Part shown: positions 50,501 through 64,000 of the stretch, piece by piece | Layout of the letters: each line of letters begins with the position of its first letter | Numbering within the stretch: the stretch's first letter is position 1 | Assembly: GCA_030704615.1 (NCBI GenBank) | Contig: CM060733.1 | Coordinates: 48,546,001-48,610,000 of the forward strand | Length of the DNA stretch: 64,000 nucleotides | Source of the DNA: Takakia lepidozioides | Lineage: Eukaryota; Plantae; Bryophyta | Direction: 5' to 3' | Translations under genes and position numbers: made by a program | The notes under the pieces: generated by a model | Told to the model about the DNA's origin: nothing | The model's input: the letters and a program-made list of their open reading frames with translations, nothing else | The model's database searches: none

Positions 50501-53500
50501 GTGCCTCCTCTTGGCCCGTCGGCGGGATGTGCGTTGAGCAGTAGGCTCTTCTGTCAACTCGGTGGACGTGAAACTTTTGAGCTTTAACCGTTCAAAGAAT
50601 TAGCTGAGACAAGTTCTCGGGAGTTCGAATTTTGCAGCAAGCCTAGGCTTGATTTTGAGTGGCAAAGATGTTGGCAGAGATGTTTGAAAAGCATCTTCCC
50701 AGCTCCCCCCGAGTAGGAGAACACCTGTGAGAAAGGAGAGATCTTGGGAACTTGGAGCCAGCTCAACAGTTTCTAGTTTCTAATTCCACCCAGTGTTTTT
50801 TTTAAGGATTTTTAAAAGGGGTAGGAGTGGCTATATATGTTGGGTGTAGGGTAGTGCAAGTGGCCCACTCTAGGTATTTTTCCTTGAATTGGTAGGCTAC
50901 ATGTATTTCCACTCTTGTCACATTCTGCGAATCAAATGAATGTTGAGGAGCAATGGAAGGCGAAGTACAGAAATAGTTGAAAGCCAAAAAATAATAATTA
51001 AATATTTGACGCCTCATGGAAGTGTAAATTATGGTGTCTCTTCACCCCAAAGGGTTAGTGCCTTCGGCTAGGAAGGTGGAAGGTGGACACCGGACGCCTT
51101 TGTGAGATCAATTGGTGGATTGAACCCAGAACTTCCAAGGTGGTATGTGCCCATTACCACTAGTTGAAAGCCATAATAGGCAAATGGAACTCTTTCTTAT
51201 ATGAAAACCACAACTGCTCAAAGCTTTAAGTTACGAGCGCGGAGGGGACGAGCATCTCCATGGAAACGGAGGAGGCCCCACACCCCTAAACCCACTCCTC
51301 ATCTGGCCCGTCGGATCATCTTGCATGGGCCCCGCCATGGCGACAATCTGTGCTGCCACCTGGGTCCAGGGGCGAGGAGCTTTTCGAGACCCCCCAATTT
51401 TTGGCGAAAACTGCCTTATTTGGACGTCTTTTTCCCTTTGTTTGGTTCGCCAAGGGGATTTTCAGGCTGCCAAATGGCGAAAAATCGCCAATAAAAAAAT
51501 CGCTGGTTCCACCTGAGAGCCAGTAGATGCCTCTCAAGTTCTGGCTGGACTCGCATTGATGAGACCAAGTACAGTATCTGTCGATGCAGTTATTAGGCGG
51601 AGACTTGGGAAACCCGAGCCTCTAAGTGGTGGTAATTTGGTGGTGACACATCCACTTCTAAGATTGTTTTCCTTGCCTGAGTATTAAAGGCAGATTTGAA
51701 AGGGGAGGAGCATCTCGGCTGCACTCATGATGTGGGTACTCTTGTCTTCGTCGAAATCGACCATAGCTCTCAAGTGCCTTGAGAATTCAAAGCTTTTTAT
51801 CTGTTTTGATGAAGCTAGCTATGAAAGATGAAGCCCCGAACTTATTAGAAGAGGCTAAACTTGGAGAGGGACAAGAAGAGGGAGGCGATATGGATTTGAT
51901 ATGGCTAATCCTGGGCAGATCTGGAGCATTAATAACTCATATCCCACATGTGCCTGACAGTATATCGCACCTCGATTCTCTGTGTCGCACCCTGCCAGAC
52001 ATCCGACGACCTTTTCCTTTTCCTACTTTCTAAAGTGTCTTGTGCCCAATCATCACCTTCGCTATTCATTCGCAGCCTCCAATCCACTCCCTTTGCACTG
52101 GGGCTTGTGCCATCTCACTCTCCAAAATAGCAACACCTCATAAAGAAACGGAGGGCCCCCCCCAATATCTCAACACACTTGAACTCCATCCCTCCTCCCT
52201 CTTTTACTCCGAACCAAAGGAAACTCGTAAACAAATCTCTCCCCCTTCCCAAGTTAAATCATCGTGTAACCCGTGAGCATCACATCACTTCCATGATCCC
52301 ACTTACAGCAAATGCAGCCTGGATCAACTCGCACTAATAAATCTCGACATGCAAGCATAACAAAATCAGGCAGCTGACAAACATTCCGATCATCCCACCA
52401 TCTTGTTACAGATCAATCATTCACACCACTTTTTATTGCATTGTTCTGGGAGTTCGTGTTGGTTCTGAATCTTTCACAACGCCGTCAAAACTGCATCACA
52501 GCCACCGCGCACACCTCGCAATCGGAGCAACAAGAGAGGGCGGATGCGAGGCCGGCTCTACAGAGCGCCTGGACTGCAGCCCAGTGTGGAGAGCAAATCC
52601 TCAGCACTGGCGACAGACAAGCGACAGAGGGGGTGCATAACGCTCGCGAGATGCATTAAAAAGGGCCGGCAAAAGGGCCTCTTAACACCAATATCTGGGG
52701 CGTCGTGCCGCGGGGCAATTATCCCATAATGTTTGCCGCGGGAAGGGTGCCTCATTCGCTATTAAAGGGCGCGCGACATCCCAACGATCTCCAGACATCC
52801 CTTTAATCGCTCCTCACTCGTGACGTGCGCACTCCCTGTGACGTGCTCGCTCCTCCTAATTTCCAGTAATATAAGTGGATCGGGAAACATCGCCGGCAGC
52901 CATTATCGGGTGCCGGTGATTGGGTCTGTACGTGGGGCGAGCTTCAAAGTGCCGCCGCAGTGATTAGGGTGCGGTGCGCGCATCGAGGTTAGTGGGCGCA
53001 GCGCAATCATTACAGCTAATTCGTATTTACCCAACCACCGGAGTACCACGGCCTCGCCCTTTGCATTCATTTACCCGCGTTCACTCTAATTATCTAAACT
53101 AACGCCTAACGACTCTTGCCAGCGGATTACTAGTCAACAGAGGGGTGTGGATGGACAGACCCTGGCGTTCATCCGTCCAACCGCGCGACAACGTGTAAGG
53201 CGTGGCAGAGAGGAACGCGGCGGCGCACGGTCCACGCATCCACGTGGCCACTCACCGGGCGGCGCGCGATTGCTCCGTTCTGGAAGCCTCTCTTCTGTTT
53301 GTCCGAATCTTTCTTGTTAGTGTGGGTGGGGTCGAAGATACACGATAGCTAACTAACTAGTGCCGCCTGAAGGTGGGATAAGTTTTGTTGCACTGTGGAA
53401 TTTCCGGATCTTTCTTGTGGTCTCTGTGGACGGTAATGTTGCGATAAGTGTTGTTGGATGTTTCTTGGTAGAGATTGTGGACAATAGTAGTGGGGCAAGT

Positions 53501-55940
53501 GTAACGGAAATTTCTTGCCCAAGTATTCTCTTGTTGATGGACCTCCTGCGGAAGCCAGAGGGGCTGATTTATAGTTGGTGGAAATCCACGGGCAAGGACT
53601 TTTTGGTGTGTAAAACCCCTCTAAATTTGTGTTTTTTTCTTTGCGGAGGGTGAAGTAGGGTGTTCGGTTTTTTATGGGTTTTGAGGGGTCTTCTTCTCTA
53701 AACTACGAACATTCTCTTCTCCCCACATGGGGTGGTTGAAAAGGGGACTACAACACTGGGATACCCTACGAAGAAGAGGGGTGTCCTGTGGGGCCTTGTT
53801 TGTCTAGGTTTTGATCCCGTTCCCTGAGTGGATTGCACCGCAAATTTAATAACCGCAACCGCAGCTTAGTAGATTCCTAAAATTTGAAACAACTAGAACC
53901 GCCGGTTATGAAAAAACCGCCCAACACTGGTATTTATTGCCAATTGTTTTATAAAAGTAGGAATAAACTTTACTGATTAAAAAGGTTCCAGGGCCACTTA
54001 ACCACGGCTAAACTCCAACCAGCACGGTTGGGCATTTATGGGTTAATATACTAAGCACTGTTTTGCAACATGTGAATCTGGCAACAGAAAAGCTCATCAT
54101 TTGCAGATAATTGGTATAACTTAGTTTTCAAAAAAAGGAAAAAAAAACATTTCAGAATTTTCGACAGTAGATGTTGGGAGAGTATTCCCAGTAGTTTTCC
54201 GTGGGGTAAAAATTCTTGCATTCTTATGTTGTGAGGGAAAAAATAATAATTTGAGGAAGTTTTCTAAATTTTACGAATGAACTCTGTTGGATTCGGATGG
54301 ACTATGGGGACCCTCCAAAATGAGTATGAGTGTCTATTTCAGGCTGCCGGGCCTGTGCGCCGGCAGCCGCCATTTTTGGGGACTATGTAACAAGGATTGG
54401 GCAGGCAGTCAACGCAGGCCCCCTTCTAGAAACTAGACAAGCAACTACTTGATGTTTTGTGTTGCAAATTCGATTCTTCGATTGAATAGGCCACGACAAC
54501 TTGACGGAGTCTCCGATCCCTTGCCCACCAGATTCTTCCTGTTTCCTGAGAAGCTTGGGACCTCTTACGACTGAGCTACTATGAGAGATTCGTTTCTCCG
54601 CATGCCTTTCTCTGACGGAAGACTCTTAGAGTCAACTACTAAATCAAATCCCTTCTCGGAAGATGACCTCTCGCTGAGAATAAGAGCCAGGTTAGTTGAT
54701 GCTGCAGAACGGTGTCCAAGTGCCTACCCTTCATAGACAGTGAATTGGAGCTGGACAAGCATCTAACTTACGTACTAGTAAGCTTGAAAGCAGTTTGAAT
54801 CATGGCTTGGGTAGGCTTCCGTTGGTGAGCAACTTTTCGGCACCGCCTTTAACGAACAAACGCATCGTCACAGACTCTTCCTGCCACGCCGTCATGTCAT
54901 GACGTCGCTGCGTTGCTGCTTCGAAACTTATCACGTGTCACTTTGTATTGACTGTTAAGTCGGTGACCTCATCACGATCACGGAAGGATGGTGGGTCATG
55001 CACGTTGGCCCACTCCATCCTTGTCACATGAAACATCTCTCCCACTCAGGGATGGGCGGGATAACTTCACCAAATTAATTTTTGTTAGGAAAAAAGTGGG
55101 TTATCTCTCACTGGTCCACGAATGCCAGTGGTGAGCTCGCCATGTACCTCCTCGTGAGCTGTAAAAGCACCACCACGCAGCCTCAATCAGCGAAGAAGCT
55201 CTTGATTAGAGATGATGACTGCACCTGGCTTCTCTTCACTATTGAAGCTTCTGCAGGTGCAGATGGTGTTGTCATTCTTCTTCTACTTCTTTCTTCTCCA
55301 AATATTGATCCGGTCTGAAAACTAGCCAAATCATGGAGTAGTAGGAGATGGTTACTTGCTCGATGGTGAGGGCAAGGACAGATTCTCTCTCTCTCCCCTT
55401 CCTTTTAAGTACCCAGGCTTTGGCTCTCAACTCTGGTCGATCTGCACAACCAAAGTGATGGAGCATTGAATGGCAGTAAAGAGCAAAGAACCTGGGGAGA
55501 GCCACCCCAGGGGAGCGCACACACACTTATGAATAATGATGATGCAGTACGCAGTAATGAAGCATTAGCGGCTCTCACGAGTTCAGTTATTCCTCTTCTT
55601 GTCCCCATTCAGCACCCTCTCTGAGATGCTCTGCACAATCACTCCTCTTAAGGCACCTTAATTTCTGCTGTCGACTCAGCATTCTCTCAGCCATCTTGTT
55701 GGCAGTTACCCTAACCCTGGCCTCCAACAACTGAATGCAGTTTGTTACAAATATTTCTTCTCAAAGTGCCCACTTGCCCAATATCTCTTCTGTGACGCTC
55801 TTCTCTACGCCACTAACAGAATCGTCTTCTCCACATGTTTTCTCTTTGCACTTGTATAATAGAGGCACGGTCATTACGACTACTAGCTCATCCCTTTGAT
55901 CCTTCTCCCTCCTCATTGTCAATACTTAAACTGTTTACTT

Positions 55941-56220
55941 CCCTTGGAAAAAATACCTAGAGGAAGCTACACTCGAACTTACTCACTGTCTGATTGCATT
56001 TTGTATTACACTCTAAGGGTTCACAGATGACCGACAATGCCACCACAATTGTAGCCCAAACTCTGGGTACTTCCTTGGAAAGAATAACTTATATACAGGA
56101 AGCTACAGTCGAACTTACTCACTGTCTGATTGATTAGTTTGTATTTCTCTATATCAGTTCACAGATGACCGACTTTGATGAGAAGTAGACGAAAATCCCA
56201 CCACAATTTGTGACCCAAAT
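55941..56220. repeat. Diverged ~130-bp tandem duplication
   Basis: CTTGGAAA...GGAAGCTACA.TCGAACTTACTCACTGTCTGATTG...TTCACAGATGACCGAC...CCACCACAATT occurs twice. Confidence 0.8.
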
Positions 56221-56862
56221 GTTAGGCTTTCACCCACATCTACAACTACAAGTCCAAGCAAATCTCCACACCGCCGCATACCGATCTCTCCAGCACGTTG
56301 TTGTGACCTTGCTCTTCCTTCGGGTCCTGACCGAAAGGCGGAGTGCCCGCCTTCTTACATGTAATACTAATTAATAGACCATACAAGCATGTGAGTTGGT
56401 GTACCAAAGCAAGCCAGAGAGGCAGCCATTAAGACAGGGCCCCACTGCAGCCCAAAAGCTGCATCCTTTCAATCAGTTGCGACATCATCGGCTCACATCT
56501 CCATGATCTTATCGCTGTGCGAGACTTGTCTAACTATCCCTCTCGATTCAATGAACTGATCTCTGCTTCCATCGCAAGCAATTCTTTGTCACAAATGAGA
56601 CGAGGATTTCTGAGATATGGTTTTATGAGATCGGGGTTTCTGAGATATGGGTTTTTCCTGTAGGGTCCCAATGATGGAGATAATGATGAAACACCCCACA
56701 AACTCATATTATATTGAGGGAAATACAGGCTTGATCAGGGTCGAGTCATCTCCTGTAGGCTCTGATTGGCGGTGAACCGTTTTGCGAAAGGGGGGGGGTT
56801 TGAGCCCTGGACCGGGTGCACGACCGGCCACCTGGCCCGGGCTGGCGTGGGTGTGAGGGCAG

Positions 56863-57057
56863 CACGTGCGAGGCAAAAGGTTGCCCGTATAGCCATTGAT
56901 GGGCCGAGTCGTGCCACGTGGCGAGATATTTATTGCTCCATTTCAACGCTCCTCCGTACACCTAAAGTTGCCCCCGTACGCCCCCTACACCCGCGCGCGC
57001 TCGCAGGACTCCGTGACGTGGCCCGCTAGGCCTATTACCGAGTCCAACGACACGTGG
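56863..57057. promoter_or_regulatory. Cluster of G-box/ABRE-type ACGT elements upstream of the MYB gene
   Basis: CACGTG at 56863, GCCACGTGGC at 56913, TGACGTGGC at 57014 and GACACGTGG at 57049, all within ~200 bp. Confidence 0.4.
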
Positions 57058-58630
57058 TGGGATTCGATTAGCGGAGTGCCACTGTCGTCCAGACAGCTGT
57101 CGGTTAGTCCCATTTCCTGACACGGCGGGAAAGTGTTTTTTAAAGATTTTCTGTTGAATGTATCATTTTACGTATATCTTATACCGCTGGGGCCGTCCGT
57201 CGTCACATTGCTCTCTTGCCGGTGTGACGCAATGTTCTGTCGTTCCACCCATCATTCGAAGAGTTTTGAAAGCTTCGGTACACCATGCAGTGACGCTGAT
57301 GACACAATGTCCATCCTTATGTTTCTCCGCACTCCGTCTTTCCACCGTTACAATGCAAGAGAAACCGAACAAAAAGTATTGGTTGCTGCAATTTTCTACG
57401 GAAACTTGTAAACGCGTCCGGTCTGGACCGTTGTAATCCTCCCCTCCCCTTCATTGGTGGCCTTTCCGCTTAGTGGGGCTGATTTGTGAGTGATCCAACA
57501 CTTTACGATGAGAAATTAACTAACTGAATAAATAAGTAAATAAGTATATAAATAATATTTCTGTCTTCGTAAATTTAATAGTGGAAGAAAAGCTCATAAT
57601 GGCCAGATTTTTGGCGATTGAATAATGGAGTTATAGTGAGTGAGTGGATAACCTGACCCGGAAAACAGTCCGTAGTAATCAAATCTGTCGGAAAAGCCAC
57701 CGGAAAACAAGGCCCGGTTTTAACGGTCATCATGGCACGTCCGGGCCTTTACTACTCACTACTCCTATTTACTATTATCTCGCCTATCTGACACTAGACC
57801 GGTCCGTGTTCAAACCTACTTACACTTGCCCCCCACGGAGAGCACATACTTGTTTGGCCTCCACAAATCCTTTTATGAAATTATACATCGTTTATCAATA
57901 AATTTTCCAGGGCCACTGTCGTCGGTTCTTAAGGAAATAAATAAATAAATAAATCGTGACACATTTGGGAGAGTTAGTGACTTGCCCGGTGGCTAAACGC
58001 GAGTTTAGTGAGTGGGGTAGGACTAGGCCACGTCGAACGGAAGTCAATGAATACGGCAGCTTGGAACACGGTCGATGTGGCCGCCGGGGCCGGGCCGTTA
58101 GGCTGCGTAGCCGGCAGCGTGGACGCACCTGGTTCCCTACCGCCCTCTATATATATATATTCATGTATTGATGTGCGTGTTAATATTAATCCCATATCGT
58201 TTGCACCCAACTGCACCTCCACGCACCTATATATATACAATAGTTGTAGCGCACATGTTGTAGAGGACAAATTAAGCAGAATTTCTGTACCCTGTCGGAC
58301 TTCAATTTGGAGGAGTAAAATAAGGGGGGTAAGAAGTGAGTCACGTGGGCTAAAGGCAGCGTAGGCCAAACTGACTCGTAAAGAAGCGCCGCCGCCTGAA
58401 ATGTACTGGGCGACTGCCCGGCGGGACTCTGGCGCCATAGGCCACGCAGGCCGGCGTGTTCATCAATCCCTGCCACTCTCTCCCTCTCGCTCGCTCTCGC
58501 TTCTTTTCTATATCTCTGCTTCAATCTGCGCATCCCTCATTCCTGCCGCCAGCAGCTTGCATGCTACAGTCTGCTCTGCCTCAATGCTTGTTGGATTTCT
58601 CCCTTTGTAACCACACACATAAATTTACGA

Positions 58631-58633
<3 letters not shown>

Positions 58634-58680
<47 letters not shown>
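58634..58680. repeat. (CT)n microsatellite in the probable MYB 5' leader
   Basis: Uninterrupted CT run. Confidence 0.95.
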
Positions 58681-58683
<3 letters not shown>

Positions 58684-59252
58684 CGAACAGTCACTAAAAG
58701 TACATTATGTGTTCTGATTGTACTTGAGCCACAACGCTATGTTGGTTTTGAATCTGCGTTTCTCAGTCTGCGGGCCTACCATCCCAATTTTCCAGTCGAG
58801 CATTTTTATTCCTGAGTGAGTTGAGTTTGATTTGTGTGCACTAGACGTAGAGCTCGGAAGTGGACTGCATTCCTCCTCCATCATTTGCTCGGTTAGTTCT
58901 GCTCTGGATGTGCTTCTCTCTGATCTGCGTGCATTTGAGAGGTGACCACTAGACGACGAGGAATCTGGCATCTCTCGTGCTAGTGAAGTGTACTAGCTAG
59001 AACGGTGCCGAGACATACATTGTGGCATGCAACTCGGTGTCCCGCTCGACCCGGTTGTAGTCGTTAGGGTTCTCTATTGGCATCGTTCGCTCTTGTTCCA
59101 CACTTTGCTGATCTACTATACACTGTAGAACTATCTAGAGTCATAACCTAATCCTAGGGCGAAGTAAAGAGAGAAACTTGACTGACTTCAGGTCTTGAGC
59201 AAGATATTCCTGGATCAGAATTGGAGATTATAGCACGAAAGTCGGTATAGAA

Positions 59253-62210
59253 ATGACTAGAATGTCTAAGACCATCGAGGATGTGCGGAAGGGAGCGTGG
59301 ACAGCGGATGAAGATGAGAAGCTTCGCGCCTACATTGAAATACATGGCACGGGCCACTGGCGTAGTGTAGGCAAGAAAGCAGGTATTGTCCTCAGACAAC
59401 TTCCTACCATCTCTACGGTCCCCTTTCTCTCCATCCCTTCAAGATCCGAGTGACTGTTTCTTTCACGTAGGAATTTCTTCAGGCATCCTTATTCAGGATT
59501 TGGAAGCATCATGACTGCTGTGCAAAGTTAGACTGTGACTTTCGAGCTCAATTAACCACAGCCGCGGTGTGTACATGCCGGTGCCGCTTCGTACACACAA
59601 TGAGCACACATGATTGACAAGTCACAAAGTACACCTGGCTAGCTCACAGGATTGAGTTGCACTTGCTCGCAAGTCTAATCAGTAATGCATGGCTGAATCC
59701 CTGCTTATGCTCTATCTACAATGTCGTCTGTTGAACGCTATCACCTCGAGAGATTAGTTATATGGATCATGCATTGAGTAATCCCCTTCACACGAATTGA
59801 GTCTTGCATCCACCAGCATCAACAGTGAGAGTTTCATGTAAGTGAACCTTCGAGTTAGCTGCAGCGGAGATTGACATCCCTGCTCATGATGCCTTGTAAT
59901 CCAGCCTACACTGACTGGATTCATCTCAAAGGGGTGGTCCTTCCTACAGTGTGTAAGCGGCATTTCAGATAACCCCTGTTCACCTGGTCTATGCACATCA
60001 CTTAGAATGGCACGAACGACAGACTATCTAGAACAGTTCGGAAGCAAAACATCTGAGTCATTTGAGAAATTTGTACCGTATACAAGTAGTGCATTGTCTC
60101 TGACATTGTAGGCGATAGACCCACTGTTGTCAAATTTATCCGTGATATGCTTACTCAAGGGAGGTCAGTCTACCGAGGGCATGTTTGTTGTTGCTAAGCG
60201 TGCTACTGGCAGTTCGATATCGAGAGACATATGTGTGTGCGGCAATGTTACCCACTTGAGAACATAGTGTCCCATGGATCTGGTTTGTTGCAGGGTTGCA
60301 GAGGTGTGGTAAAAGCTGCCGATTGCGGTGGACAAATTACTTGCGACCGGACATCCGCCACGGTAGCTTCACGCCCGAGGAGGAAGACCTCATTGTAGAG
60401 CTACATGCCTCCCTCGGAAGCAGGTATCTCAGCTCTCTTACAAGTGAACTGCAAATTCACAACTATTTTAGATAGTCAGTATGTTAAAGAGATAATGTTG
60501 CCAGAAAGGTGCTCTTGATTGAGGCTGATCATACCTTGCTGGCTTTTTCCAGGTGGTCTCTCATAGCGGCAAAGATGCCGGGGCGCACAGACAATGACAT
60601 CAAGAACCACTGGAACACACGGCTTAAAAAGAAGTTGTGTGATATGGGCATAGACCCTGTCACTCATAAACCCATCTCAGAGCTGCTGCGCGACCTTGCT
60701 GGCACCATGGCTCAATCATCTGGTTGCAACCAGGTAGAGCTCTTCTTTCATGTTTCAAATTTTACCTGGGTCTGTTCATTACGTAGCGATAGGTGGTGGG
60801 CAACGGGGTTCCCAAACCACCACGGATAAGCTCTTGCTTGCTGAGCCATGCATCTTCTATTGTACAGAGAGATAACTTAAAAGAAATATCTCAAGCTTGC
60901 AACTTATGTATGCACTGCAAATTGATCGGTTTCTGACTAATAATGCATGTGGAGTAGGTCATCAGGGATCCATCTAGCAACTAAAGTTAGGTTTTTGTAA
61001 TTGGTGATGCTGGTAGGTGGCCGAGCAAGCAGCACGCCGGTGCTTCAGCGACAACCTTCTAAGCAAGGCAGTCCGTGAGTGTGTGAAACCTACTGGCCTA
61101 CCTGCTCTATCTGATGTGACCAACGTCAATGTCCATTGGGTTGAGGAACAACATCCAGTAGATACATCAAGGGCGGGAAGTCTAAACCGCGAGCATACTG
61201 AGGAGAGCTCGAGCATGTCAGGATCAACTAGTTTGGCCGAAAGCAGCTGCAGTGATGAGGCTTACACCTTGAACACCGGCAGTCCCTCACGAAGCACCAT
61301 GTTCCAGCATACCCGACCAGGCTCTGATCAGGGCCCTAGTTCATCTGTTGTGTCTGAGAAAGACAGGAGGATTCTAGAGACAGTAACAGAGGCTGCATGC
61401 AGGCGAATTGCCTACATGTCTTCACGTCAGGGAAACGGTCCGACGGATTCAGCCAGACTCGAAGATGGTATCATCTCAGGTACCGCCCATCATGAAAGCT
61501 CCTCGAAGATTTTTGAGAGCCCAGTAACAATGAGTCCGATGGACGTCGGGTCCCGAAGCATGTCAATATCAACTGCCAGAAGCCCCGAGTTCCAGAGCTT
61601 CGCCAAAGCTGAAGTGCATGCTAATGCGCAGTCTCTCCCCAGTGGGAGGTCGCTATATTTCTCACCAAGGTCGAATTTGCTTCCAACTGGCATGAGCCCG
61701 ACGCCGAGTGGCCTCAATGACACCCACGGTCGCTGGGCTATACCAAGCAATGCAAACACTCACGAAGACGGATTCGGCAACGGTGACTACAGTCCTTTGT
61801 TTGCTCCAACCAGGTTCAACATGGAATACCAGAATCAAGTCATGGGACAGGCTCATCCTGAGGCCACATTCTCACAGAGCGAGATAATTAGACCCCTCCC
61901 AAGCAATGTTTGCATTCCGGATGTCAGCTGCAGCAGAAATGAGATTGGTGGGTTCCTTCAAGCACCAGCAGAAACAGCTAATTTTAGCGTGCCACTGGCT
62001 GGTTTCAGTGGACCACCGACTCCTTCCTTCACTGGAGCGCTTCCCTCTGGACAGCAGCTTCTACAGAGCAATTACAATGGACCATTCTCTAATTTTGCTG
62101 GACCCCTAGGTGGATTTAGTGGGCCATTGGCTGGGCCCAACGGAACAGGCCGAGTCCATGAATATGATGTTCCAAGCCCACGCGTAGTACTTTGGGATTT
62201 CCAGGAATAG
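59253..62210 (+). CDS. R2R3-MYB transcription factor, MYB80(MS188)/MYB35(TDF1)-like clade
   Basis: Exons 59253-59382, 60294-60423, 60553-60733, 61017-62210. R2R3 '[12 protein letters not shown]...[25 protein letters not shown]...[29 protein letters not shown]', followed by '[18 protein letters not shown]...[15 protein letters not shown]', which resembles the MYB80 post-R3 motif. Confidence 0.9.
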
Positions 62211-64000
62211 ATCTGAAAAGACAGTATCAACTGCCAGTCTGATGCTTTCTCTGCAAAAGACCTGGCACTTGAAACATCACAACTCATGTCTTGAGTATAG
62301 CCATCCTAAGGCGATGTACCTTGAATTTTGGTAGCGCTGACTAATAGGACTAAAATTTAAAATTTTCGTCTTCTTGCCCAGACTGATCTGTGGTAGCTTC
62401 TGGCCCCAGAGCTTTATCTTTTCAGGAAGCATCATGGATAGTATATGTTGCTATATGTGTAGACTCTTGAGCTAGTTCTCTCTTGTTCATCTCTTGGCCT
62501 TGCTCTCTCTCTCCTTTTGTTTCCCGATGAGTTCACCGTCTTAAAGATGCAAGCCTCGATTAGTTCAGCCTTGCACATATCCCCCAAACCAATGCGCGAC
62601 CTATTCAGCTCCTCCTGGCTTTGGTTTGTACTTTGTACACTAGATTATTGGGTAGAACACATATATGAGCCCTGATTGTGCATACTGTATTTCTCTCTTT
62701 CTGAACGCTATCTGGGGTTCATTTTCCAGTGATATCGGTATATTGTTGTCTGCTGCTGTAGTAGATAGTGACGATGATGCCAGACTCCCAGCCATCCACC
62801 ATTTAGCGAGGGAAATTCAACGTTACAGTGAAGAGTTCTTCTCCGTCTTTGCGAGCACGCTATAGCATTCATATCCGACAGCAGTCGGCGGAGGCCATGG
62901 TCAATGCCTGCCTAACGTGCAGAAGGTAGCGCGCATGAGAAGCGCGGGCTTAAGTGTTCCCTCCCACGGATTGCATGGATGCTTGACCTGTATTTTAGTC
63001 TACTACAGCAGCCAAAAAGCATAGTACTATGTGCAAATGTAAGATCGTGGCCTATATCTTCTTTAACTAACCCATTTGAGCTCAAAAATCTAAGACTCTT
63101 CCGAGCTCATGATAAAAGTCACCGAGGTACACTATACTACAGGGGCTTATCATGAGATAAGTGTAACTCATGATTGACTTCGCTTGCCGTAGAACTCGGC
63201 TACTTGAGCAACAGTCTTGAATCCTAGAAATCCAGTCATACCCCAATTCCTCAAATGAATTTCGAGTGAAAGAATGTCCGTGGTTTTCAACGTAGAAGCT
63301 CTGTAGAAAGACGCCAAATAGACGAAACTTCTCTTCTGGGGACTAACGTTGGGGCGCCCGTTCCTCTGCTCTCCGCCCAAGGTTGTTGTGTGTATATATA
63401 TATATATACTTGTCTAGGCAACACGTGTTAGACCTTAAATTTGCAACAGACTTTATTCGAAATTTAATAAGTGCCCCAGAAACATTAATTGGAGTTGATC
63501 AGTAGCTTCATTGGTGAAAAGGTACCCAGCAAGGGCAATCCCACTAGTACAGAAAGTGCCCCAGCCAAACGTGTATATGGGGTAGGAAGATTCTTATACT
63601 CTTACAGTACAATAACTAGACAGGGCTGTCAAACCTCACCAATGTACAGATTTATGTAACTATACTTCCCGCAAGATCCACATGTCTAGTTTGTGAGGCT
63701 GTGCAAAACAGAAGAATCCTTTTTGCACAATCTAGAGCTAGACCCATCAGTGCGATTCATTCATAGATAATTTACATGCAAGAGATCCAATTGGCGCAGT
63801 TCAGATAGGCGTTCAGTGTTAGATATTGCTGTGGTCTGGCCGCATTTCCGGACTAGTTGCCTGCATCCCCCAGTATTGTACACAACTGAAACCAAAGATG
63901 GAGCGCACGCCTGTGTTATATGGGTACTCGTACTCATATCCACGAGTCTGTAATCTAGAGATCGAATGTGATCGTGGCCGTGGCAAGTGGTAGCACTGTT

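Noticed and set aside
51030-51175. Possible tRNA-derived SINE on the minus strand (B-box-like GGTTCAATCC)
   Set aside because: The A box is weak, there is no cloverleaf or TSD, and no second copy occurs in the window.
47600-58500. Many short ORFs (60-150 aa) and possible miRNA hairpins
   Set aside because: No recognisable domains or splice-consistent exon chains, and no match by eye to conserved plant miRNAs.

Overview
Eukaryotic, intron-containing genomic DNA from a seed-free land plant. It looks bryophyte-like: it carries the flagellar gene CFAP65 together with land-plant-type PsbS, MED32 and an R2R3-MYB. Gene order: CFAP65 (-, runs off the left edge), MED32 (-), PIG-T/GPI16 (+), PsbS (+), an RPAC2/AC19-like Pol I/III subunit copy with an apparent frameshift (-), a degenerate unknown spliced gene (+), an AT-rich BTB/POZ gene whose BTB domain appears split by a ~1 kb exon (-), RRS1 (+), and a MYB80/MYB35-clade R2R3-MYB (+). 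Non-coding highlights: (1) four box C/D snoRNA candidates in RRS1 intron 6, three of them forming a ~171-bp tandem array, all with a guide complementary to LSU rRNA; (2) three dispersed copies of an RLE-type (Dualen/RandI-like) LINE sharing a covarying 3' hairpin; (3) a TTAA-flanked piggyBac-like element; (4) a TA-flanked MITE; (5) an RTEX-like LINE fragment. Exon boundaries were read by eye from GT/AG sites and reading-frame continuity, and family assignments come from recalled motifs rather than database searches.
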